Shown here in pieces: positions 39,568 to 49,958 of a stretch of 53,821 nucleotides of DNA. The notes below the pieces were generated by a model, which saw nothing but the letters and a program-made list of their open reading frames with translations, was not told the DNA's origin and made no database searches. Position 1 is the first letter of the stretch. Every line of letters begins with the position of its first letter. The position numbers were made by a program, and so were the translations under genes. The DNA comes from Candidatus Eiseniibacteriota bacterium (lineage in GTDB: Bacteria > Eisenbacteria > RBG-16-71-46 > CAIMUX01 > VGJL01), in the NCBI GenBank assembly GCA_041946735.1, contig JBHGAY010000032.1, forward strand, positions 1-53,821, given 5' to 3'.

Positions 39568-39802
39568 CGGATCCTCCTCCTTGTCAGGTTGGGTACCGGA
39601 GTCTGAGAGGAACCGGGGAGGATAACGGTGAGGCGGACCGAGCGCCAGATCGAACGGATACCCCGCCGGTCCCCCCGCGCCGAAGCGCGGGGTGGGCAAC
39701 ATGCAATAAGTCGACGGCCGATTGAGCGACCGCGACGCAGTGCGATAAGGTGTCCGTGTAACTAAAGATCGATGCAGGAGAGACCGCGAGGACGGGGGGA
39801 AG

Positions 39803-41473
39803 GTGGAGCTGACGAGGCGACAGGTAGCGGACGCGCTCGAGGAGATCGGTATGCTGCTCGAGCTTTCCGGCGAGAATCCGTTCAAGTGCAACGCCTACGC
39901 CGTCGCCGCCCGGGCCGTCGCGCGCGACCACTCGGACCTCGAGCAGCTCGTCGCCGAAGGCAAGCTCACCAGGATCGAAGGGATCGGCAAGTCGACGGCG
40001 GTACAGATCACGCACCTGGTCCGCGAGGGGCGCTCCCCGACTCTCGACGACCTGCGCGCCCGCTTTCCCGAGTCGCTCCGCGCGATGCTCGGCGCGATCC
40101 CCGGCCTCGGTCCCAAGCGGCTCCGGGTGATCCATCAGAAGCTGGGCGTCGCCTCGATCGCCGACCTCGAGGAGGCGATCCACGAGAATCAGCTCCTCGA
40201 CCTCGAGGGGTTCGGCGCGAAGTCGCAGGAGAACCTCCTCGCCGCCATCACGGCCCTGCGCCTGACGCGCGGACTCTTCCTCCTCGACCGCGCGCGCCTG
40301 GTGACGGAGCGGCTGCTGCCGATCCTCCGGGAGGGATACGGCCCGCGCGTCGAGCCGGCCGGGCCCTACCGCCGCCGTTGCGAGGTGCTCGACGAGCTGG
40401 TCTTCGTGATCGAGACGCCCGGCGGGCAGCCGCCGAGCGAGGAGGAGGCCGGGGCGGAGGAGGGGATGCGGACGCGGCTCGTCCTGCGCTCCCCCGCCGC
40501 GTTCGGCGCGGCGCTCCTCTGGGAGAGCTCGAGCGAAGCGCACCGGGAGTCGCTGGCCCGGCGCGCGCTCAAGCGCGGCTTCGCGTTCGACTCGCTCGGC
40601 CTTCGCGACGCGCACGGCGCGGTCCGTCCTCTCGACGAGACGGAGATCTACCGCGCCCTCGGCCTCGATCCGATTCCGCCCGTGCTGCGCGAGGCGCCGG
40701 CCGAGGAGGTCGAGGTCCCGTCCGGCGAACTCGCCGGTCCCCACTCGATCCGCGGCATCTTCCACGTCCACACGAGGGACAGCGACGGGACGGCCACGCT
40801 CGAGGAGGTGCTACACGAGGCGGAGCGCCTTGGCCTCGAGTGGATCGGCATCTCCGACCACTCGCAGACGCCGATCTACGCGAACGGCCTCACCCCCGAG
40901 CGGCTCCTCGCCCAGAAGCGAGCGATCGAGGAGGCGCGCGAGCGGCACCCGGCCCTCACGATCTTCCACGGCGTCGAGTCGGACATCCTCGGCGACGGCG
41001 AGCTCGACTACGACGACGACCTCCTCGCCCAGCTCGACTTCGTCGTCGCCTCGATCCACAGCCGCTTCCGCATGCCGGAGGACGAGATGACGCGGCGGAT
41101 CGAGCGGGCGCTGCGCCATCCCGCCACGACCCACTGGGGACATCCGACCGGCCGGATCCTGCTCGGGCGCGAAGGCTACCGCTGCGACGTCGATCATCTG
41201 CTGCGCGTCTGCGCCGAGACCGGCGTCTCGGTCGAGTTCAACGCGCATCCGAACCGGCTCGATCTCGACTGGCGCAAGATCCCGCTCGCGCGCTCGCTCT
41301 CCGTCCCGATCTCCGTCAACCCGGACGCGCACGGCCTCGGCGGGCTCTCCGACTCCTTCCGTGGGGTCGAGACCGCCGCGAAGGGGGGCGCGACCGGAGA
41401 GGATCTGCTGAACTCCCGCTCCGCGGAGGAGGTCGCCGCATGGCTCGCGTCCAGAAAGCAGCGGACCCGCTGA
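39803..41473 (+). CDS. polX: Family X DNA polymerase-PHP protein, non-canonical (polymerase site degenerate)
   Basis: LELSGENPFK..AY, HhH motifs IEGIGK and IPGLGPK; PHP motifs HVHT.DSDG, SDHS, GVESD, GHPTGR, NPDAH. Confidence 0.9.
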   Translation: MELTRRQVADALEEIGMLLELSGENPFKCNAYAVAARAVARDHSDLEQLVAEGKLTRIEGIGKSTAVQITHLVREGRSPTLDDLRARFPESLRAMLGAIPGLGPKRLRVIHQKLGVASIADLEEAIHENQLLDLEGFGAKSQENLLAAITALRLTRGLFLLDRARLVTERLLPILREGYGPRVEPAGPYRRRCEVLDELVFVIETPGGQPPSEEEAGAEEGMRTRLVLRSPAAFGAALLWESSSEAHRESLARRALKRGFAFDSLGLRDAHGAVRPLDETEIYRALGLDPIPPVLREAPAEEVEVPSGELAGPHSIRGIFHVHTRDSDGTATLEEVLHEAERLGLEWIGISDHSQTPIYANGLTPERLLAQKRAIEEARERHPALTIFHGVESDILGDGELDYDDDLLAQLDFVVASIHSRFRMPEDEMTRRIERALRHPATTHWGHPTGRILLGREGYRCDVDHLLRVCAETGVSVEFNAHPNRLDLDWRKIPLARSLSVPISVNPDAHGLGGLSDSFRGVETAAKGGATGEDLLNSRSAEEVAAWLASRKQRTR

Positions 41474-42417
41474 AGGAGAAGAGGGCGCTCGCCGCCTGGG
41501 TCGGCGCGCGGCTCGCCGAGACGTATCCCGGCGCCCACTGCACGCTCGACTTCTCGAACCCGCTCGAGCTGTACGTCGCGACCGTCCTCTCGGCGCAATG
41601 CACCGACGCGCGCGTGAATCAGGTGACGCCGGGCCTCTTCGCCGAGCTTCGCCGCCCGGAAGACTGGCTCGCGCTCGGGCAGAGCGAGCTGGAGAGGCGG
41701 ATCCAGTCGACCGGCTTCTTCCGCAACAAGACGAAGTCGATCCTCTCGGGGATGGCGCGGATCGCCGGCGACTACGGCGGGCGCATGCCGGACAGGATGG
41801 AGGATCTGCTCACGATCCCGGGGATCGGGCGCAAGACGGCGAACGTGATCCTCGGCAACGCCTTCGGAAAGGCGGAGGGGATCGTGGTCGACACGCACGT
41901 CGCGCGCGTGTCGCAGCGGCTCGGCCTCACCCGGCAGAAGGATCCGGTCAAGATCGAGCAGGATCTGATGCAGCTCTTCCCGCGCAAGGAGTGGACGGTG
42001 CTTTCCCACCGGATGATCCTGCACGGGAGGCAGATCTGCATCGCGCGCGCACCGCGCTGCCCGGTCTGCCCGCTGCGCGCTCGCTGCGCGTATGCGGCCG
42101 CCGCCGGACTGCAGGGGAAGGTGGGAGCCTCGGGGAAGACGGCCGGAGCGAAGACGGTCGCAGCGAAGAAGCGCGCAGCCAAGAAGCCCGCGGCCAAGAA
42201 GCAGGTGGCGAAGGAGTCCCCGGTCAAGAAGAAGGCCCCGGCGAAGAAGAAGGCGCGCGCGAAGCCGCCCGCCTCTATCTCGCGCCGCCCGGCTCCCTCC
42301 GCGCGTGGGCGGAATCGGGCGGACGCCTCCGCGGGATCCGCAGATGGAAGACCGAGCCCCGCCCCTCCTCGCTTTCGACTCCGGCCTCGCCGCCGTGGAC
42401 CAGGGCGATGTGCTTGA
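41440..42417 (+). CDS. nth: Endonuclease III with Lys/Ala-rich C-terminal tail
   Basis: ATG 41440 after GGAGG; LSAQCTD, PGIGRKTANV, VDTHV, 4Fe-4S motif C-X6-C-X2-C-X5-C. Confidence 0.95.
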   Translation: MARVQKAADPLKEKRALAAWVGARLAETYPGAHCTLDFSNPLELYVATVLSAQCTDARVNQVTPGLFAELRRPEDWLALGQSELERRIQSTGFFRNKTKSILSGMARIAGDYGGRMPDRMEDLLTIPGIGRKTANVILGNAFGKAEGIVVDTHVARVSQRLGLTRQKDPVKIEQDLMQLFPRKEWTVLSHRMILHGRQICIARAPRCPVCPLRARCAYAAAAGLQGKVGASGKTAGAKTVAAKKRAAKKPAAKKQVAKESPVKKKAPAKKKARAKPPASISRRPAPSARGRNRADASAGSADGRPSPAPPRFRLRPRRRGPGRCA

Positions 42418-44177
42418 CGATCGCGAGGCCGAGGCCGGTCCCTCCCAGCTCCCGCGACCTCCCCTTGTCGACGCGATAGAACCGCTCGAAGAGGCGGTGC
42501 AGATGTTCCGCCGGAATGCCGGGCCCTTCATCGGCAACCGAGAAACGGACGCCGCCTCCCCCGGCGCCGTCCACGTCCTCCTCGACCGCGACGCGCACCG
42601 TCCCGTCGCGGGCTCCGTACTTCAGCGCGTTGTCGATCAGATTGCCGAGCGCTCGCTCGAGAAGCGCCTCGTTCGCCCACAGGGGCGCCAGCGGCCCAGG
42701 CTTCGCCGGAGTCTGCAAATCGATCCGCACCCCGCGCCGCGCCGCCTCCCCCTCCGCGTCGCGGACCGCCCGCTCGGCGAGAGCGCGCGGATCGAAGCAG
42801 GACCGTTCGATCGTCCCGCCGGTCGATTCGAGCCGTGAGAGGGCGAGAAGGTCCTCGATGATCCGGTTCATCCGGCTCGCCTGCTTCTCGAGGATGCCGA
42901 GGAAGCGGCGCCTCGTCTCCGAATCGGCGTCCTCCACGTCCTCGAGGAGGGTCTCCGCGTAACCGCGGATCGCGGTGATCGGCGTCTTCAGCTCGTGCGA
43001 GACGTTCGCGACGAAGTCCCGCCGGATCCTTTCGAGCCGCCGGATCTCCGTCACGTCCGCCAGAACGAGCACGGCGCCGCTCGGGGTCCCGTCGTCGCCG
43101 CGCAGCGCGTCGCCGCGCACACGCAACCGCGAGCGCGTCCCCGTCGCCGTTCCCGCTCCCGTCGCCGTCGCCGCTTCCGTCACCGTCCCGGTCGCGGTCT
43201 CCATCTCCATCTCCATCTCGATCGCCGTCCCGCCCGCCGGCTCCCCGCGCAGGGCCCGCTCGACGAGCGACAGGAACGCGCCGTTGCGGACCACCTCGCT
43301 GATCGGCCGTCCGGCGGCGCGGTGGCGCGGCACCCCGAGGATCCTCTCGGCCGCCTCGTTCAGCAGGATCACGCGGCGCGAGAGGTCGACGGCTACGACG
43401 CCTTCGGCCATCCCGTGGAGGACCGCGTCGCGCTCGCGCCGCTCCTCGCGAAGCTGGTCGCGCTCCTCGCCCACACGCCGCGCCGTCTCGCGCAGCGCGC
43501 CGTCGAGATCGAGCAGCCGCTCGCGTCCGGATAGGGGAGCGGGCAATGGGCCGGGCATCTCGCCTAGCCCGCGGGCGAGATCCTCGCGCTCCGCGCGCAG
43601 CTCGCGAAGCGCTCGCAGGACCCAGAAGGCGAAGGCGGCCGACCCGGCGAGCCAGAGCAGGACGGCCCCGACCACGGCGCGCCGCAGCGACCGGTCGAGC
43701 GGCTCGAGCGAGCGGAGCAGGACGACGCTCCCCCCTCCGGCCGCGCTTCCCCAGCGTGCCTCCGCCACGATCTCCCGTCCGCCGCCCGGCGCAGCGGCGA
43801 TGCGCGGTGGCGCGAACTCGACCGCCTCCTTGGGCCTCGGCCCACGCCACGCGGCCTCCCCCTCCTCGTGCCGCTGCGCGCTGTCGAACACGATGTGCCC
43901 CGCTCCGTCCTTCAACAGAAGCCGCTCCGTCGCGGTCGCCTTCCCTTCGCCCATCGCGCCTTCGCCCTTCGTGACTCTCCCCCCGATCCAGCGCTCGCTC
44001 CCCTCGAACGCCGCGGCGACCGCACGCACCCGTTCTCCGGCCGCGCGCGCCTCTGCCTTCTCGGCCATTCCGCGGACCGGATTCTCGATCGCCCACAGGA
44101 CGAACAGCAGCGGGACGATGGAAAGCGCGAGCGGCGTGAAGAGAAAGCGCCGAAGAAGTCCCAGGAGCGGCTGCCGC

Positions 44178-44185
<8 letters not shown>
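42275..44185 (-). CDS. PhoR-like sensor histidine kinase
   Basis: 2 TM, PAS, RRDFVANVSHELKTPIT, FERFYRVDKGRSRELGGTGLGLAIVKH. Confidence 0.9.
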
Positions 44186-44900
<715 letters not shown>

Positions 44901-44970
44901 CGGCACCTCGATGCGGAAGCCGGCAACCGTGCGCGGCCGCGCCGCTGCGCTCTCGCAGCCGCTGGCCGGA

Positions 44971-45606
44971 TCAGAGCCGGACCGAAACCGTCACTCCGTC
45001 CCGCAGCGGAACGAGCGTCGTGCGCAGCCCCGGATGCGAGGCGAGCATCCGGTTCGCGCGCCGCACCCCTTCGGTCGCCGCGTCCCCCGGCCCCGCCTCC
45101 GGCAGGACCTTCCCCGACCGGAGCATGTTGTCGAAGATCAGCAATCCGCCGGCGCGCAGCCGCTCGGCCGCCGGCGCGATCACCTCCGGATACGCCGCCT
45201 TGTCGACGTCGCAGAAGACGATGTCCCACGTCTCCTCGCTCCGCGCGAGACGGTCGAGCGCGTCGCCGACCGCGAACTCGTAGGCGTGGGGAAATCCGGC
45301 CCGTTCGAGATTGCGGCGCGCCTGCTCGAGGTTTTCGCTCTTGCGGTCGGTCAGGACGATCCGCCCCGGATTCGCGACCCCTCTCGAGAACCAGAACGCC
45401 GAGTAGCCGTAGCCGGAGCCCAGCTCGAGGATCGACCGCGCGTCGATCGCTCGGGACAGCACCTCGAGGAGCGCCCCGACGAGCGGGCCCACGATCGGGA
45501 AGTCGCGCCGCTGCGCCTCTTCCTCCATCTCTCGCAGGATCGGGTCGGGGGAAGGGAAAAGGCCGGCGAGATACTCCTGCACGCCGGGGATCGTCAGAGG
45601 GGTCAT
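44971..45606 (-). CDS. SAM-dependent O-methyltransferase (caffeoyl-CoA OMT-like)
   Basis: FPIVGP, ILELGSGYGYS, FCDVDK..Y, GGLLIFDN. Confidence 0.9.
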   Translation of the reverse strand: MTPLTIPGVQEYLAGLFPSPDPILREMEEEAQRRDFPIVGPLVGALLEVLSRAIDARSILELGSGYGYSAFWFSRGVANPGRIVLTDRKSENLEQARRNLERAGFPHAYEFAVGDALDRLARSEETWDIVFCDVDKAAYPEVIAPAAERLRAGGLLIFDNMLRSGKVLPEAGPGDAATEGVRRANRMLASHPGLRTTLVPLRDGVTVSVRL

Positions 45607-45636
45607 CGTTTCTGCTCTCCTCTTCGATTCGCCGAC

Positions 45637-45666
45637 AGGCTATCGGCGGCCTCGAACGTCTGTCAA
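45637..45666 (-). promoter_or_regulatory. sigma70-type promoter for the methyltransferase and two-component genes
   Basis: TTGACA-N18-TAGCCT on the minus strand. Confidence 0.6.
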
Positions 45667-45724
45667 GCGAGGGCCCATGTCTTCATCGTCTCTTCACGTT
45701 TGCTTTGGCTCGAGCGACCCGCTG

Positions 45725-48040
45725 TCATCGGTTTTGGTTTTGGCCGAAATGTTCGGCGAGGAACGACTCGGTCGCGTCGATCGCTTCGGCGAGCGGCGCC
45801 GGCACCCCCGCGAATGGATGCGCCGCGCCGAAGGTATGGCCACCGCCCGCGATGCGCAGCAGCCGCGCGTGGCCGCGCGACGCCTCGTGCAGCCTCTCCG
45901 CCTCCGCGATCGGCACCGTCTCGTCCTGCTCCCCGTGCACGAGCAACCAGGGGACGGCGACGCGCCCCGCCTGCGCGGGAAGGTCGAAGAGGTCCGCGTG
46001 CGCGAGGATGTCGTCGTAGTAGTCTCGCCGCAGGCGGAAGACCTGGTTCGTGCGCGTGTTGACGATGGGCACCGTGCCGCCGGCGAGCCAGGCGGCTTCG
46101 GCCTCAGCGCCGAAGCGGTTCACGAACGAGATCGCCGACCAGGTGACGAGCGCGCGCACGCGCGGATCGCGCGCGGCCTGCACGATCGCGATGCCGCCGC
46201 CGCGGCTGTGCCCGAGCAGCGCGATCGGCGTTCCGGGCGGCGCGGCCGTCTCGAGGAAGTCCAGCGCCGCGGCCACGTCCGCCAGCTCCTTCGAAAGCGT
46301 GTTCGACTCGAGCCCCTCCGGATCGTCGAAGCGGTCGCCGTCCCCTTCGCCTCGGATCCCGCAGCCGCTCAAGTTGCACCGGAGCGTGGCGAATCCGCGC
46401 GATGCGAGGCGCGCGGCGAGATGCGGAAAGAAGCCCCAGTCCTTGAATCCCTTCCACCCATGGACGATCAGCACCGCGCCGCGCGCGACACCGAGCTGAG
46501 CCGCGCCCTCCGCTCCCGCCATTGCCGCCGCCGGCCGGTGCAGGTCGCCCGCCAGCGTCGCGCGATTGATTGGAGAAGCGATCGCCACCTTCTCGACCGC
46601 GCCCGCGCCGCTCCCCGCCGGACGGTCGGGCGGGCGGTCGGGCGGGCGGTCCCGCAGCTCCGGCACCTCGGCGGCCGGGATTCCCAGGCGCTCGGCCGTC
46701 TCGCGGAACAGAAAGCCGCGGTCGCGCGCGCTCGCGCGGAACCACTCGCCATCGATCCGCAGCACCGGGAGGCTCTGCGTTCCCGCTCCTTCCTGCACTC
46801 GCGCCTTTACGTCCCCCTCGACCTCGATCCACCGGTAGGCGACGCCGTGCTGCTCGAGGAACCGGCGGGCCACGCGTGATTCAGGGGACCAAGCGGCCCC
46901 GTACAGCTCGACCTCCCGCCCTGCGCTCATCGAAGCCTCCCTTGTCGGACCCGCTCTCGCGAGAGCCTCCGTCGCCGAAGCGCCCGTCGCGCGCCGCGCG
47001 TCCGCCGCGTTCGCCGCCGCGATCGCGATGTTCCGGACCATCCCGTCGAAGCGGGCGCGCTTGACCGCGCTGCGGCGGAAGCGTTCCCGGTAGCCATCGA
47101 CGTCGAGGCTCTCCCACTCCTCGACCGGCCGCCCGAGATTGCCTTCGCGAGGACGGAACAGGAGATCGCCCGCCGGACCGCCGGGCGCCTCACGATTCCA
47201 CGGGCAGACCTCCTGGCAGAGGTCGCACCCGAAGATCCAGTTGCCGATCCCCGCATGGTAGCCGGGATCGATCGGGCCGCGATGCTCGATCGTCAGGTAG
47301 GAGATGCACCGCCGGGCATCCAGCACGTACGGCTCGGGGAAGGCGCCCGTCGGGCAGACCTCGAGGCATCGCCGGCACGTCCCGCAATGGTCCGCCACCG
47401 GCTCGTCGGGAGGGAGCGCGAGGGTGGTGAACAGCTCGCCGAGGAAGAAGTAGCTGCCGCGCTCGGGCGAGATCAGGTTCGTGTGCTTGCCCGGCCAGCC
47501 GAGGCCGGCGCGCGCGGCGAACGCCCTTTCGAGGACGGGCGAGGTGTCGACCGCGACGCGCGTCCGCGTCCCCGGCCACGCCGCCTCGATCCGCGCGGCC
47601 AGATCGCGGAGCTTCGCCTTCAGCAGGTCGTGATAGTCGTCCCCCCAGGCGTAGCGGGCGATCCGCGCGATCGAGGGATCGCACTCGCCCGGATCGCGGC
47701 CGGAGGGATAGTCGAGCGCCACGCAGATCACGCTCGCGCACCCGTCGAGGAGACGGCGCGGGTCGGTGCGCAGGGCGGGATCGCGAGCGAGGTAGTGCAT
47801 CGAAGCGTGGTAGCCGCGGCGCAGCCACTCGAGCAGGAAGCCGGAACGGAGCGGTGGTTCCGGCGGCGCGACGCCCGCTTGCGAGAGGCCGAGCTCGGCG
47901 ACCCACCGGAGGATCCGCTCCTTCGCCTCGCCCGGATTCGGCGCAGCGGCGGCGGCCCCTTCCTCGGTCGGACTCGCCCCGGCGGCCCCTTCCTCGCTCG
48001 GATTGCCCCCGGCGGCCCCCTCCTCCCGCTCCGCCGTCAT
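45725..48040 (-). CDS. queG: Epoxyqueuosine reductase QueG fused in frame to a glutaredoxin-like domain and an alpha/beta hydrolase
   Basis: ARYAWGDDYH, VDTSPVLER, CGTCRRCLEVCP, CISYLTIE, GCDLCQEVCP; then YGAAWSPES...LPVL.IDG; then HGWKGFKDWGFF, GHSRGG, HGEQD, GHTF. No internal stop; internal GGAGG-N5-ATG at 46930. Confidence 0.85.
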   Translation of the reverse strand: MTAEREEGAAGGNPSEEGAAGASPTEEGAAAAAPNPGEAKERILRWVAELGLSQAGVAPPEPPLRSGFLLEWLRRGYHASMHYLARDPALRTDPRRLLDGCASVICVALDYPSGRDPGECDPSIARIARYAWGDDYHDLLKAKLRDLAARIEAAWPGTRTRVAVDTSPVLERAFAARAGLGWPGKHTNLISPERGSYFFLGELFTTLALPPDEPVADHCGTCRRCLEVCPTGAFPEPYVLDARRCISYLTIEHRGPIDPGYHAGIGNWIFGCDLCQEVCPWNREAPGGPAGDLLFRPREGNLGRPVEEWESLDVDGYRERFRRSAVKRARFDGMVRNIAIAAANAADARRATGASATEALARAGPTREASMSAGREVELYGAAWSPESRVARRFLEQHGVAYRWIEVEGDVKARVQEGAGTQSLPVLRIDGEWFRASARDRGFLFRETAERLGIPAAEVPELRDRPPDRPPDRPAGSGAGAVEKVAIASPINRATLAGDLHRPAAAMAGAEGAAQLGVARGAVLIVHGWKGFKDWGFFPHLAARLASRGFATLRCNLSGCGIRGEGDGDRFDDPEGLESNTLSKELADVAAALDFLETAAPPGTPIALLGHSRGGGIAIVQAARDPRVRALVTWSAISFVNRFGAEAEAAWLAGGTVPIVNTRTNQVFRLRRDYYDDILAHADLFDLPAQAGRVAVPWLLVHGEQDETVPIAEAERLHEASRGHARLLRIAGGGHTFGAAHPFAGVPAPLAEAIDATESFLAEHFGQNQNR
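47951..48025. repeat. 30-nt tandem repeat x2.5 (EEGAAG) at the queG N-terminus
   Basis: ggcggcccc[t/c]tcctc at 47951, 47981, 48011. Confidence 0.85.
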
Positions 48041-49203
48041 CCCGCCACGAGGGCGGCCGTCCGCTCGACCGCCCGCCGTGTGAGGCGCGCGGCTCCGCGC
48101 GGGTCGAGGAGATGCGCCCCCCAGCGGGCGCCGTTGGCGGCGAGCAGCGCGCGCGCATCGCCGCGGGCAAGGGCGCCGGCCGTCCCTTGGGCGATCCAGC
48201 GGTACAGAGGATCGACATCCGCGAGACGGCCCGCCTGCTCCCCCGCTTCGTCGGCCATGTCAGAGGAACCGGCGGCGATCCTCTCCGCGAGGCGCGAACC
48301 GAAACCCTCCGGGAGCTGCGGGAGGCTCTCGGCCTCCGGGTCGGCCTTCGGCCGCCGCGGCCCCAGCGCCTCCTCGGCCGCGTCCATGCCGGCAGGATCG
48401 CCGGCGAAGAGGCGCTCCGCGATCCATTCGCGCAGCCCCCACCGGACCCCCTTCTTGCGCAGCTCCGCGTAGCGCTCCGCCTGGAAGGCGTGAGCGAGGT
48501 AGAGCCAGAACGCCTCCGGCTCCCGCCCGACCTCGATCGCGCGCAGGTAGGCCGCGCGGCACGGCACGGGCGGAGGGACATGGGAGATGGCGAGGCCGGG
48601 GGCGACCGGGGAGCGGGAGACCGCTTCGATCATCCGCCAGACCAGCGGCCGGCTGGGCTCCCAGTCGACGTCGTGCAGGAGTTTCACGGTCGCTCCCGCC
48701 TGGGTCAGGAGGCGGCCGTCGGCAGTCCTCTCGGCCGCGATCGTCTCGAGGAGCAGCTCGAGGAAGTACTCGCGGGTGCGGATCACCCGCACCAGGGTCG
48801 CGATCACGCGGGCCGTCTTCTCGGCATCGCCTTCCGAGAGGGCATCCTCGAGGGAGGAGATCGGGATGACGTCGGGCGCGTTCGATCCGGGGTCGAAGAG
48901 GTCGACGCGCGGGTGGGAGACCGGGAGGCGGACCAGGTAGAGGGCGGCCGCGTGGATCAGCTCGAAGGCGGCCGGTCCCTCGAAGGTCGGGACCAGGTCG
49001 GAGAGGGCGTCCAGGACGACCGAGGCGTGGACCTCTCCTTCCGCCGGCTCGTGAAGCCCCACGTACCGGCGCATTCCGGCGCGCAGATGCTTCCACGACT
49101 CCGGGCGGCCACGGGCGGACTCGAGGATCCGGATCGCTCCGGTAGCATCCCGTTCCTCGAGCTGGCGATATAGAAGGTCCGGCAGCAGGGGTCGAATCTC
49201 CAC
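48037..49203 (-). CDS. Hypothetical all-alpha protein, translationally coupled to queG
   Basis: GTG 49203 after GGAGG; ATGA overlap with queG; protein-like composition, no recognised motif. Confidence 0.7.
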   Translation of the reverse strand: MEIRPLLPDLLYRQLEERDATGAIRILESARGRPESWKHLRAGMRRYVGLHEPAEGEVHASVVLDALSDLVPTFEGPAAFELIHAAALYLVRLPVSHPRVDLFDPGSNAPDVIPISSLEDALSEGDAEKTARVIATLVRVIRTREYFLELLLETIAAERTADGRLLTQAGATVKLLHDVDWEPSRPLVWRMIEAVSRSPVAPGLAISHVPPPVPCRAAYLRAIEVGREPEAFWLYLAHAFQAERYAELRKKGVRWGLREWIAERLFAGDPAGMDAAEEALGPRRPKADPEAESLPQLPEGFGSRLAERIAAGSSDMADEAGEQAGRLADVDPLYRWIAQGTAGALARGDARALLAANGARWGAHLLDPRGAARLTRRAVERTAALVAG

Positions 49204-49212
49204 CGCTTCATC

Positions 49213-49245
49213 CTCCCCGCGGGCTCCCCGCGGGCTCCCCGCGGG
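49213..49245. repeat. Perfect 11-nt tandem repeat x3 with palindromic core
   Basis: ctccccgcggg x3, each containing the palindrome cccgcggg. Confidence 0.9.
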
Positions 49246-49289
49246 CATCCGTGTCCGCGTGCGGCGAGGATAGCAGGGGGGGCGAAGCG

Positions 49290-49317
49290 TTGACAGTCCT
49301 GCCGGTCCAAGTACAAT
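49290..49317 (+). promoter_or_regulatory. sigma70-type promoter of the TlpA operon
   Basis: TTGACA-N16-TACAAT. Confidence 0.7.
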
Positions 49318-49397
49318 GGTTTCGGCTGCCATGGAGATCCTGCCGGGTCCGCGCATCGGCCGCCGCATCATTCGTCGCCTATCGGAAGGAGCGTTCC

Positions 49398-49958
49398 GTG
49401 AGACTGCTTTCCTCCGTCCTCGCGATCCTGATCTGCGCCTGCACGTGTCTCGCCTTCTCCCCTGATCCGGGCCAGGCGGAGGAGACGTCCGCTTCCAAGG
49501 CCCCGGATTTCACCGCGAAGAATCTGCAAGGGGAGGCGGTGAGCCTCTCCGAGGCCCTGAAGAAGGGGCCTGTCCTGATCGACTTCTGGACGACCTGGTG
49601 CAAGCCGTGCCAGATCGAGCTTCCCGAGCTGGATCGCCTCCATCGCGAGTTCCAGGACAAGGGATTCCAGGTCTTCGCGATCGCGCAGGACGATCCGAAG
49701 ACGATCGCGAAGGTGAAGCCGCTCGTCGATCAGAAGGACTGGAAGATGACCGTGCTGGTCGATCCGGAGCGCAAGGTCGGCAACGCGTTCCACGTGCGGA
49801 ACTACCCGACCTCCTTCCTGATCGCGCAGGACGGGACGATCGTGCACAACGCCCAGGGGTACATGCGTGGGGATGAGAAAGTGCTGGAGGAGAAGGTGCG
49901 GGGGTTGCTGGGGATGGGTGGGGGGACGGAGCACACGAACTCCGGCGCGGATAAATGA
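49398..49958 (+). CDS. Exported TlpA-family thiol-disulfide reductase
   Basis: GTG after AAGGAG; signal peptide; APDF, DFWTTWCKPC..ELP, YPTSFLI. Confidence 0.92.
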   Translation: MRLLSSVLAILICACTCLAFSPDPGQAEETSASKAPDFTAKNLQGEAVSLSEALKKGPVLIDFWTTWCKPCQIELPELDRLHREFQDKGFQVFAIAQDDPKTIAKVKPLVDQKDWKMTVLVDPERKVGNAFHVRNYPTSFLIAQDGTIVHNAQGYMRGDEKVLEEKVRGLLGMGGGTEHTNSGADK

